A stretch of 32,000 nucleotides of DNA from the NCBI RefSeq assembly GCF_021057185.1, contig NZ_CP054059.1, positions 510,001 to 542,000 of the forward strand, given 5' to 3'. Source of the DNA: Candidatus Absconditicoccus praedator. GTDB lineage: Bacteria > Patescibacteriota > Gracilibacteria > Absconditabacterales > Absconditicoccaceae. Under the pieces are notes generated by a model. The model was given only the letters and a program-made list of their open reading frames with translations, was not told where the DNA came from and searched no databases. Positions within the stretch are counted from its first letter, which is position 1; the number at the start of each line of letters is the position of its first letter. A program made the position numbers and the translations under genes. Below are positions 10,623 to 20,868 of this stretch, piece after piece.

Positions 10623-12440
10623 TTATAAATCTTTTACCATATATGTTCACTCCAAATGATATCAAAGTTTTCTATAATAATCTCTAACTCCTACTCAAGA
10701 AATTACAGAGATTTTCTTATAGTTTTTTCATAAAGATATTCTTTCTGATATTTCCATCATTCTGCTTCAAAATCATTTATGCTGAAATGTATCTTCAATA
10801 TTTTTATTTATTTTTGCCAATTGTCAATAAACATGTAATTCCCTAACCATAGCTACATTTTCTCATAATCAATCTCGATTTATAGTATTTTTTTCATAAG
10901 GTAAAAGCAACCTTAAAAAACCATATAAATAACCAAACTCATCCTCAAAACTTATAAAAAACTCTTCACCTACAGATGAAAAATATTTTCTTATAATTAA
11001 AAGTTCATTTTGGGCATCTTCTGTTCTATTTGATATTTCTCTTGCTCTTGTATCCAATGATACAAAATTTCTTGGATTATTTAAATTTGGCTTTCATCAA
11101 ACAATATATGTTTTTTCTGTATTATTTCAATTTTCAAACTCAAAAATATTTTCAAAATTATCTAAATAACAAGAATTGGGATAAAGTCTTTTATAATGGT
11201 TTTCTCTTAGAGAAGAATCTTCTTTGTACTCTTTATGCATATTATTCATTACTATTTGTCTTAGGTTTGTTAGCTTACTTCCTGCAACTATTTCTGTTTC
11301 AGGAATATCTCTAATAAGTCTTTTTATTCTAGTATAAGGAGGAATCGTATCAACTTGAACTTTTTTGGTAATATGTTTTATTTGTTCATTAGTAAGTGGC
11401 TCATAATATCATTCTTTTCGAAGCTCATACAATCTAGTATTTGGAATCACTGAAGTAGGATAAAATTTAATTTCATCAGGCTTCATAAAAACATCTGAAT
11501 ATGCTTTTTCCATTGTTTTTATATCTTTTTCCACACTAGATCAATATAAACCAGGCATAAAATGACAAGAAAACTTAAATCAGTATTGTCTTAATTTATG
11601 CAAAGAGTTCCTTGCCTGTTGTACAGTGTTTCATCTATCATTTTTTTCTAAAACATCATCGTACAAACTCTGTATTCAAATCTCCAGTCTTGTAACACCA
11701 AGCTCTCTCCAAAATTTACAATTTTCATCTGTTACAAATTCTGGTCTTGTTTCTATAGTTAGTCATATGATTCTACAATCAGCTTTTTCATTATTTTTTT
11801 GAGATTCCTCAAGGGTTTTATCAAAATTTTGTTCAAAATTATCAGTAACTGTAAACTTAGAAAATTTTAAATCATTTCAATCTAGTTTATTTTTTGATTT
11901 AAATTCAAAAAAAGTATTGCATGCATCATACAAAGATTTTACAAACCATCTTTTATATTCTTTTGGATAACTATCCCATGTTCACCCCAAAACTATCATC
12001 TCTATTTTATCTATATCATGTCCTGTCATAAAAAGAGACATCAATCTATTATAAGTTTGCTTGATAGGATCAAACTGATTTAGTAATGCTCTCATCGCTC
12101 AAGGCTCTGTATTGATATAACTTTTGGGCATCGTTGCATCATCTGGACAAAAAATACATTTTCAAGGACATGGCCAAGGCTTTGTAAGAACTTGAACTGG
12201 TACAATTCAAGATTTGCTTCTTATTCATCTTTTTCTTAGAGATTTTCTAACATTTGATTTAGGAGTGATTTTTCATTCATCAACCATTTTATTGTATGTT
12301 GCCAAAACCTGCATATTTGTTGGGACATTACTTAATTTTGATTCTTTTGCAAACTTCTTTTTTAAATCCTTGATCAAATCAGGAACTATTTCATTATCTT
12401 GATATGAAACTATTTCTTTTACTAAATTTTCAAGATTCAC
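10623..12440 (-). CDS. elp3: Elp3-family radical SAM / GNAT acetyltransferase (tRNA U34 carboxymethylation enzyme homologue)
   Basis: About 605 aa from GTG at 12440; an in-frame TAA lies 4 codons upstream. Sequence: RSKSGIVPVQVLTKPWPCPGKCIFCPDDATMPKSYINTEPGAMRA...VLGGTWDSYP...IGLTIETRPE...LGVTRLEIGIQS...FMPGLYGS...RIKRLIRDIP...(GNAT) VRELHVYGQL...QHKGFGSRMMEISERIS...GVRDYYRKLGY. It contains track ORF 10869-11057. Stop TAA. Confidence 0.85.
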
Positions 12441-12497
12441 TTGATTATATTAAAATATAAATTAATTTTTTATAATTATATAATATTAAAATACAAT

Positions 12498-12776
12498 TTA
12501 AAATATTGTTTCCAACTCTACAAATCTATCAGATTGATATTTTACATAAGTTTTACATGTCTTAATTACATCTGATTCTACATAACTTCAATCTTCTGAT
12601 AGTAACAAATCTTTTCAAGTTTTGACTCTACAAGAACAAATTCAACATTTTCATTGCATACAAGAATACGGCATATTGAAAGATGTTTTTAGTATCAGAT
12701 TCAATATTGTGTTATTCTCTTCAGCTTCTAATTTCCAAGATTTTTTATTATCAGATTTTATAATAATCTTTGTCAT
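12498..12776 (-). CDS. plant-type [2Fe-2S] ferredoxin
   Basis: 92 aa: MTKIIIKSDNKKSWKLEAEENNTILNLILKTSFNMPYSCMQGKCGICSCRVKTGKDLLLSEDGSYVESDVIKTCKTYV... Cys ligand pattern is C39-x4-C44-x2-C47...C74. All four Gly codons are TGA. It lies 57 nt upstream of elp3 on the same strand. Confidence 0.75.
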
Positions 12777-12996
12777 TATAAATTTTAATAGTAAATAATA
12801 TATTTAAAAAATATTTTTGTATACCTATATTTATATAAAAAATTTTTAATTTTAAAAGTAAAAAGTTTGAAAATTAATAATAATTATTTTTCGTAATTTT
12901 GATAGTTAATAAACCCAAAAAAATTATTTTTGACAGACCTTGAATTAAAATATAAATTTTTTATACATAACAAATAGTTATATAATAAATTAATAG

Positions 12997-14175
12997 ATGA
13001 AAAAACTAAATAAAATCATTGCAAAAATAATAATTTTTTTTATAAAAATATATCAATATACTTTATCACCAGATAAATGAATACCATCTTTTTGGTTAAA
13101 ATGAAAAATATGTGTACACAATCCTCACTGTAGTAAATATTGAATACAAGTACTAGAAAGATACTGATTTTACCCTTGATTTTTTATGTTAATGGAAAGA
13201 GTAAGTAACTGTCATCCTTGGAATAGCAACACCTACGATCCTGCATATTTACAAACAGTTTTTTTTAGTAGTGCTCCTATATGAGTACCATTTCTTGAAG
13301 AATTAATAAAAGACAAAAGATATAATATACAAGCAGTTGTAACACAACCAGATAAACCAGCCGGAAGATGACAAAAAATAAAAGAAAATATAATCAAACA
13401 AGAAGCCAAAAAATTATGAATAAATAAAATTTTTACACCAGAAAAAATAAACCCAAATAAATCTATAGAATGAAAAGAATTTTTCAAGGAAATCGAAAGA
13501 CTAAAACCAGATGTAATATTAGTAATAGCTTATTGAAAAATAATTCCTATCGATTTGCTAAATTTGCCATCAAAATGAGCCTTAAATATTCATTGATCAT
13601 TACTTCCCAAATATCGCGGTGCTTCTCCAATACAATCAGTGTTCTTAAATAATGAAACTTATACTTGAATAACTTTGATGAAGATGGCTCCTAGTATGGA
13701 TACCTGAGACATTATCAAACAATTATCATTTGAAATATGATTTAACTGGACATCAAAAGATATTATTGATAAATTTATGCAAGTATGACCCAAATTTACT
13801 ACAGAAAATATACGAAAATATGCTAAAAAAGAACTTATAGAACATCCACAAGATAAATCAACAGCTACTTATTGCCATAAAATAGAAAAAAAAGACTGAA
13901 AAATAGATATATTTACAACACCTCTTGAGGATATATTCAATAAATACAAAGCATTTTTCTTGTGGCCCAAAATCTGGTTTGAAATAAGTAATAATTTAAA
14001 CAAAAAAATAATAATAGAAGAAATGAAAATAGATGAAGAAAAGTTTGATTTACATAAAAAAAAGCCATTGATTGACAAAGATTTCTATCTAAATCAATCA
14101 ATAGACTTACTAAGAGTAAAGCCTGAATGAAAAAAAGCTATAACATGGAATGAATTTAAAAAATGATATCTTTAA
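12997..14175 (+). CDS. fmt: single ORF fusing YidD (membrane protein insertion efficiency factor) to methionyl-tRNA formyltransferase
   Basis: 392 aa, every codon checked, preceded by TAA TAG. N-terminal 84 aa: IKIYQYTLSPDKG...ICVHNPHCSKYGIQVLERYGFYPGFFMLMERVSNCHPWNSNTYDPAY (YidD). This runs directly into LQTVFFSSAPIGVPFLEEL...TQPDKPAGRG...VIAYGKIIP...LNIHGSLLPKYRGASPIQ...TGITLMKM...DTGDII (Fmt). There is no ATG, GTG or TTG at the Fmt N-terminus. Confidence 0.8.
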
Positions 14176-14381
14176 TCATTTTTTCTACTTATTCTTATTC
14201 AATCAGCTTCTCAAACAATACATGCACCACCTTGAGTCTGTATCATTTCCATACCTCAAGTAAATGTGGTTCTAATAAAATCTGGGTCTTCAGTATCTCT
14301 TCAGTAAAAAGGATTACTACTTCTTACTTCTTCATCCTTAACTTCTCTCATTTTAGATGGATCACAAGTATCCTCGCCATC
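14172..14381 (-). other. same-frame continuation after the TAA (69 codons, internal ATG at 14351); either a separate small ORF or the 3' half of an interrupted gene
   Basis: DGEDTCDPSKMREVKDEEVRSSNPFYGRDTEDPDFIRTTFTGGMEMIQTQGGACIVGEADGIRISRKND, ending in TAA at 14172-14174. That stop overlaps the convergent fmt stop at 14173-14175. Confidence 0.3.
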
Positions 14382-14633
14382 TTACAAACTATGTATTCTA
14401 TAGTCATCTATTATTAAATCATAACTGCAAGTATCTATATGAAGTGTATCTCAATCAACTACTGCTTGCTGATCTGATCAAAGATATCTACTATCAAAAT
14501 AGTTTGATTTTCATTCTGGTGTACTACTGCATCACCCCAAAGCAACTAATAAGCTCGAAGCTACACTAATATTTACAACCGTAGTTTTGGGAATAAAACT
14601 AGTCAAAGTAATTTTTTGCTTGTTGATATCCAT
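14382..14633 (-). CDS. small putative lipoprotein (83 aa), terminated by a TAA that interrupts a longer open frame
   Basis: MDINKQKITLTSFIPKTTVVNISVASSLLVALGGCSSTPEG... carries a signal peptide and a lipobox L-G-G-C. In-frame TAA at 14382-14384. Confidence 0.5.
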
Positions 14634-14766
14634 TTTTAATATACTTATATAAATAAGTATACATGATATAATCAATTTAAACAAAAAGTCAAATTAAATA
14701 TTATAAGTAAATATTCTAATTAGAATTACTCTTTAATCAGGCAAACCTATACAATAAAAATTGTAA

Positions 14767-15672
14767 TTAATTATTTCTAAGATTTTTAATTCTTTCTTCT
14801 ATAGGAGGATGCGAAGCAAAAAGTTTCATAATTCAATCTTTTGATACTATTTTCATTGTATTCATAGATTGATTTGAATTGTCTGTTTGCATATTTTTTA
14901 CCAACAAGTCTAATTTTTCAAGTCAAGCTATCATTTTTTCTTTACCTACTAGTGCAGCACTGCCCGCATCTGCTCTAAACTCTCTATGCCTACTAAACCA
15001 AGCCACAACAGTACTTGCTAATATTCCAAAAATAATCTGTAAAACAAAAGCTGATAAGAAATATCACAAGCCAGGTCAATCCTCATTTCAAAAAACATTT
15101 CTATCAATAAAAGTACCAGCTATTCTTGATAAAAATATTACAAATGTATTTATAACTCATTGCAACAAGGTCATAGTCACCATATCTCAATTTAGTATAT
15201 GAGCCATTTCATGTCATACTACTCACTCTATTTCATCATAAGTCATTTGATCCAAAAGACCAGAACTAACTGCTACCAAACTTTTATTTTTGGTAGGTCA
15301 AGTAGCAAAAGCATTTGGTTCATTTGATTGGTAAACTCATACTTCTGGCATTTTTATATTATTTGAACTTGCTATTCTCTCAACTATTTGATAAACAAAC
15401 CTTTCTTTTTCTCCAACAGAATGAAGCTTAGTTTCATCGAAAGTTTGAACTTTATAAAAGGTTTTTGCCATCCATTTGGATATCCACAAACTTACAAATG
15501 CTCAAATGAATCATACTATCAAAGAAAATATTCACACTCCTACAAGATCATAACCATATCAAGTAATATTGATAGGTACAAAGATTTGGGCAATACTTAA
15601 AACTATCATAATAACAGCAAGTATTGCTATATTAGTAAGAAGGAAGAAAAAAACTCTTTTTGCTATTCCCAT
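14767..15672 (-). CDS. htpX: HtpX-type M48 zinc metalloprotease (membrane protein quality control)
   Basis: 301 aa with N-terminal TM helices: ...[21 protein letters not shown]...[26 protein letters not shown]...[17 protein letters not shown]...[12 protein letters not shown]. It starts 21 nt after the grpE stop. Confidence 0.9.
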
Positions 15673-15693
15673 TTTTTTATTTTAAAATTTAAA

Positions 15694-16296
15694 TTATTTA
15701 CCAACTATTACCTTGGCAGGCTTTACTACATATTCATTGTCTCAATCTTTGTATACATAAAGCTTTTCAAATTCTTTCATTATTTTTCATTTATTTCCAT
15801 CATCAGCATCCTCAGATGATATAGGCTCATGATAATTTTCATTTAGATCTTTTCAAATACTATCTATCTGATAAACATTCATCTCTTCAAGTTTTTTAAG
15901 CAAATTTTTGTACAAAACAACAACCCCATTTGCCCAGCTATTATCTTTGAGTTCTTCAGGAACATTTTCAACTGTTATTCTCAATTCTTCTACCAAAGAT
16001 ATTAGTCATTTTACCGAATCTATAAAAATGTTTGTTTTCTGCTCTTTTTCTTTGGATTCTATTCTATTTTTGTAAGATTCAAAGTCTGTTTTCAAAGTCA
16101 TATATTGACTTTGAGTATTTGAAGCTATCTGCTTGTACTTTTCCACATCTTTTTCCAAAAGTTTTATTTGCTCCAACAACTGTTCTTTTTCATCTTCTTG
16201 TTGAAGTTCATTTTTCATTTCTTCAAGTTCATCATTATTGTTTGAATTTTTATTTTCTTGATTTTCATTATTTGTTTTTTGATGTTTTTTACTCAT
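15694..16296 (-). CDS. grpE: nucleotide exchange factor GrpE
   Basis: 200 aa. It begins with track ORF 16006-16296 (coiled coil) and continues through TGA: ...IDSVKGLISLVEELRITVENVP...VVVLYKNLLKKLEEMNVYQIDSIGKDLNENYHEPIS...YVVKPAKVIVGK. Confidence 0.9.
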
Positions 16297-16388
16297 TAAT
16301 ATTAATGCTTAATTTATAAATTTTCAAACATTTTAATATATATCAGGCTTTTATAATATAAAAATTTTAACTCAAAATTCAAGCCTAA

Positions 16389-16415
16389 ATAGCACTCAAT
16401 ACAACTTAGTGATAC
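16389..16415. promoter_or_regulatory. CIRCE-like inverted repeat (candidate HrcA operator) upstream of grpE-htpX
   Basis: aTAGCACTC-N9-tAGTGaTAc compared with the consensus TTAGCACTC-N9-GAGTGCTAA: 14 of 18 positions match and the spacer is exactly 9 nt. It lies 93-119 nt upstream of the grpE ATG. A TTGAAT...TATTAT promoter-like pair sits between it and the ATG on the minus strand. Confidence 0.35.
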
Positions 16416-17218
16416 TAATAATTTCAAATTATTTTAATCTTTTTTGTGAAAAAACCCAACTCTTCAAGAGCATTACTAACCACATCTTGATTTCTATCTA
16501 ATTCTATATCTATCCAAAACATATAATCAAATCAGTCATCCTTAGCTGGTAATGATTCAATTTTTGTTAGATTAATATTTCTGGTAGCAAATGCTCAAAG
16601 ACACTTGTATAATGACGCAGGAATATGTCTTGCCTTAAAGACTAAGGACATCTTTCATTTGAGTTGAAGCTCTAAATTTATATCAGGCCTACCCACAAGG
16701 AAAAATCTTGTAGAATTATTATCCTGATCTTGAATATTTTTTGCAAGTATGTTCAATCAAAATCTTTCTGCTGCCAAATTTGAACAAATACATGCCAATG
16801 AATCATCATTTTGCTCTGATACATACTTTGCACTTCATGCTGTATCCATATATCACCTTGCCTCCCATCAATATGAGTTAATATAATTTTCACATTGCAT
16901 TAATGCCTGATAATGAGAAAAAACTTTTTCAATTGAATCTATACTTTTAGAAGTTGATGCAAGACAATGATTTATATCAAGATAATATTCAGAATATATT
17001 TGAACATCATAATTTGAAAGATTGAAAAAATTTTCATATATACTTCATGCATAACTATTTTCTATAGGTACAACACCCAAATTTCATTCTTCTATTTTTT
17101 CAAAAACCTTTTTAAACGTATCCAGTCATATAACGTCATCAATTCAGATGCTTTCAGAAAAGTGTTTTGACACTATATGTCAATATGCTCATTCCAATCA
17201 TTGATAATATATATTCAT
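16415..17218 (-). CDS. pheA: prephenate dehydratase (PDT plus ACT domains, no chorismate mutase domain)
   Basis: 267 aa: MNIYYQGLEGAYGHIVSK...LGVVPIENSYAGSIYEN...NSTRFFLVG...MSLVFKARHIPASLYKCLGAFATRNINLTKIESLPAKDDGFDYMFWIDIE. Stop TAG. Confidence 0.85.
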
Positions 17219-17253
17219 AGAAAAAAATAAGATATTAAACACGATAAAAAAAC

Positions 17254-20200
17254 TTAAGTAATCACAACTTTTTCAGCCTTTCACATTGTATTATCTACAC
17301 CACAACATTTTTTGTATTTTTTTCAACTTCAACATGGACACGGATCATTAGGTGAAGGTTTAGATTTTGATTTTTTAACAACATTTACACTTGAATCTTC
17401 GTCCGCATCTACAACTTCAACCCCACCTGAATTGTTTTTATTAGCCTTTTGGTTGGATTTTTGAAGGTTTGCAATATCCACTCAATTATTTTCATTTTGT
17501 AAGTAAGGAGAATTTAATAATTTCTCATAGTCTGCTTTCAAAAATCTAGATAAAGCCTCTTTTTCTATATTAAACAACAATTTTTGAAACTTATCAAAAG
17601 CTTGTCTTTTGTACTCCATAAGAGGATCTATCTGTGCATAACCAAATAACCCCACCTTTTCCCTAAGCTGCTGCATTTCATCTATATGAGAAATCCAAAG
17701 CCTATCTATACAAGAAAGATATAAAACATTAAAAACTTTTTCTAGATGTTCTTTTTCATAATTATTTATTTTTTCATCAAAATGCTCCTGAATTTTTATC
17801 ACAAGAAAATCTTTAAGATCTTCTTCTCTTGAAAACTTTCTCAGTTGGCTTTTTTCTAGCTTTATATTAGATATTTGCTCTATTTCTGTTATCAGTTGAT
17901 CTAAATCCCAAGGAATTACATTTGTATAAGTGGGAACTATCTTATCTACTACAGATTTTATAAATCATCTTCATTCCTCGACAATGTCAAACCCTTCTAT
18001 TTGAACACCAAATTCTTTTGCCACAGAATCAGGATCTTCTTTTTCGGCATTAGAAAAAATTATTTGATCTCTTTTTGAATAAATTCTTTGTCTTTGTTTA
18101 TTAACCACACTATCGTATTCAAAAAGCTGCTTTCTATTTCCAAAAAGCCATCATTCCATTTGTTTCTGAGATCTTTCTATAGATGAACTAAACTGACTTT
18201 GAGTAAGCTGCATGCTTTGAAGCTCTTCTTTTGGCAGAAGCATTGAAGCCATATTTTGAATTTTTTCTCATCACATTTTTCTCATCAACTCATCATCCAA
18301 CGCTACTGCAAATTGTGTAACACCTGGGTCTCATTGTCTACCTGCTCTTCAACGAAGCTGATTGTCTATTCTTCTACTTTCATGTTTCTCTGTACCAAGA
18401 ATATACATTCAAAAATGGAAATCTTTATAAACATATTCATTATTTCAAACATCTATATTTAAAGTAGCATATATATCATCTTTTGACTGTTTCTTTTTAT
18501 TCAAAGTTACTGAGAAAGAAGCTGACAAGTCTTGTATATCAAAAACAAAATCACAATCAGTTTTAAAATCCAAATCAATTTCAAAATATTCTTTTATTCA
18601 CTGCAATAAATATCAAAGTTCTTTTTGAGAATATATATTTACACTTAGATTTTTAGCTTCTTTATTTTCGTAGTTATTTGATGTTATAGTATTTTTTATC
18701 CATTTTGCATAATTTAGTGCAAGTTTTTCATTTAATCAATCTTCAAGCTTGATATCTGTACCTCTACCAGCCATATTTGTAGCAACAACAACACTTCACA
18801 TATTACCAGCATTTTTAATTATATTTGCTTCTTGCTCATGATATTTGGCATTAAGAACATAATGATTTATCGCTTTTTCTCTTAAATAAGAAGAAACTAT
18901 CTCAGAAGTATTTATAGAAGAAGTACCTATCAGTATTGGTTGTCATATCTTATGCACAAAAGCTACATCCTCAATGACAGTTTTCCATTTAGCATCTTGA
19001 TTGAAAAACACTTTATCTTTTTTATCCACCCTAATAATATCTCTATGAGTAGGTATACTATTAGTAGCTAATTCATAAATTTTCTCAAACTCCTCTGCTT
19101 CTGTAAGAGCTGTACCTGTCATTCATGATAATTTACTATATTGTTTGAAAAAGTTCTGATAAGTAATACTAGCTACTGTTTTAGATTCTTTTTGAATAGC
19201 TACTCATTCTTTAGCTTCAAGAGCTTGATGAAGTCATTCAGAAAATCTTCTTCATGGCATAACTCTACCTGTATGCTCATCTACTAACATTACTTGATTA
19301 TTTCTAACTATATAGTCTTTATCTTTTTGAAAAACTGATTTTGCTTTTATTGCATTTTCTATATGATGAATTTCATCGTATCATAAATCTTTATACAAAT
19401 TATTTACTCACAAAGTTTTTTCTAATTTTTGTATTCAATTAGAGGTTAGTTGAATTGTTTTCAACTTTTCATCCACATAATAATCTTTCTCATTTTTTTT
19501 CTGCTCTTTCTTATCTTCCTCATCCTCTTCTTCTAACATTTGGGCTATAAATCACTTTGGTTTTCTCTTTTTTTCAGAAGATGGTTCTAGATCTTTTACA
19601 ATTTTTTTGTAGTATTCATACTTATCTGTTGGTTCTGCTGAGGGTTGAGAAATTATCAATGGGGTTCTTGCCTCATCTATAAGTATACTATCAACCTCAT
19701 CTACTATAGCAAAATTCAAAGGTCTTATAAGAAGTTTTCTTTCATCTAGTGACTTAGTAAGATTATCTCTAAGATAATCAAATCAAAGCTCTGAATTTTC
19801 CACATAAACTACATCTTTTTGATATTCTTCTTTTCTTGAGCCTAAAGAAACTTGTTTTGTTATAGATCAAACAGACAATCACAACCAGTTATATAAAATT
19901 CACATCCATTCAGCATCTCTTGTTGCCAAATAGTCATTAACTGTAACTATATGAACTCATCTTCAAGTTACAGCATTCAAATAAGCTGGTAAAGTTGCTA
20001 CAAGAGTTTTTCATTCTCAGGTTTTCATTTCAGAAATTCTTCAGTAATGAAGAACTATTCATCACATCAACTGTACATCAAAAGGAACCATATCCCAAAC
20101 TATTTCTTCTCATTTTACTTCAAACTTATTTCAATGTAGCCTTTTACAAGCTTGCTTAACAGTAGCAAAAGCCTCAGGCAACATACTGTCTAAAGACTCT

Positions 20201-20373
20201 CAACGTTCAAACCTTTCTTTGAATTGATCTGTTTTTTGCTGTATATCTTCATCTGACAAATTTTCAAACTCTTTATCAAACTCATTTATTTGATCAACTA
20301 TAACCTTTAACTTCTTTAATTCACTTTTATTTTGCTGAGATGCAAAAAATCACAACAACCAATTTATTGGCAT
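17254..20373 (-). CDS. secA: preprotein translocase ATPase SecA
   Basis: 1039 aa, every codon translated with no TAA/TAG. Sequence: [19 protein letters not shown]...[16 protein letters not shown]...[19 protein letters not shown]...[12 protein letters not shown]...[26 protein letters not shown]... C-terminal zinc motif [14 protein letters not shown] at 17299-17340, with both Gly as TGA (17323-17325 and 17329-17331). Confidence 0.96.
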
Positions 20374-20436
20374 AAATTTTATATTTAGTTATTTAAAAAC
20401 TTTTTTAGTATAATAATTTTTCATTTTTTTTCAAAT

Positions 20437-20463
20437 AAAAAAACCCACAATGTGGGTTTTTTT
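20437..20463. terminator. symmetric (bidirectional-type) rho-independent terminator between the acidic lipoprotein gene and secA
   Basis: AAAAAAACCCACAATGTGGGTTTTTTT: a CCCA/TGGG stem with A/T extensions, flanked by A7 and T7 runs. Confidence 0.55.
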
Positions 20464-20484
20464 ATGTATATTTTAATATACAAA

Positions 20485-20727
20485 TTATTCTTCATCCTCT
20501 TCATCTTCATCTTCATCTTCATCTTCCTCATCCTCTTCTTCTTCATCTTCTTCATCCTCTTCTTCGTCATCTTCTTCATCTTCATCTCAATTATCACCAT
20601 TTTCCATATCTACGTCTTCTGAATCTTCAGGCTGATCTATTTCTGGATCTTCAATTTCATCAACACATCCAGCTAAAGTAATTGCTGAAAAAACTATTAA
20701 AACAAATATACTCAATTTATTAATCAT
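20485..20727 (-). CDS. small lipoprotein with an extreme poly-Asp/Glu tail
   Basis: 80 aa: MINKLSIFVLIVFSAITLAGCVDEIEDPEIDQPEDSEDVDMENGDNGDEDEEDDEEEDEEDEEEEDEEDEDEDEDEEDEE. Signal peptide with lipobox LAGC. The GAA/GAT-rich coding repeat spans 20488-20600. A terminator follows. Confidence 0.65.
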
Positions 20728-20868
20728 AACAATTTTTTAAATATATAAAAAACGCAAAACAATTTATATATATAACTTTTTTTCTTGCAACAAAACACAA
20801 GAAAAAACTCAAATCTAAAAAAGGCTTGTTAACTAGGTTTTGAAAAGTATTGATTGACTTATGTCAAT

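Noticed and set aside
20487-20600. A tandem CTTCAT/CTTCTT repeat tract that could look like a CRISPR or microsatellite array.
   Set aside because: It is the reverse complement of GAA/GAT/GAG codons encoding the poly-Asp/Glu tail of a lipoprotein ORF. There is no repeat-spacer architecture and there are no cas genes.
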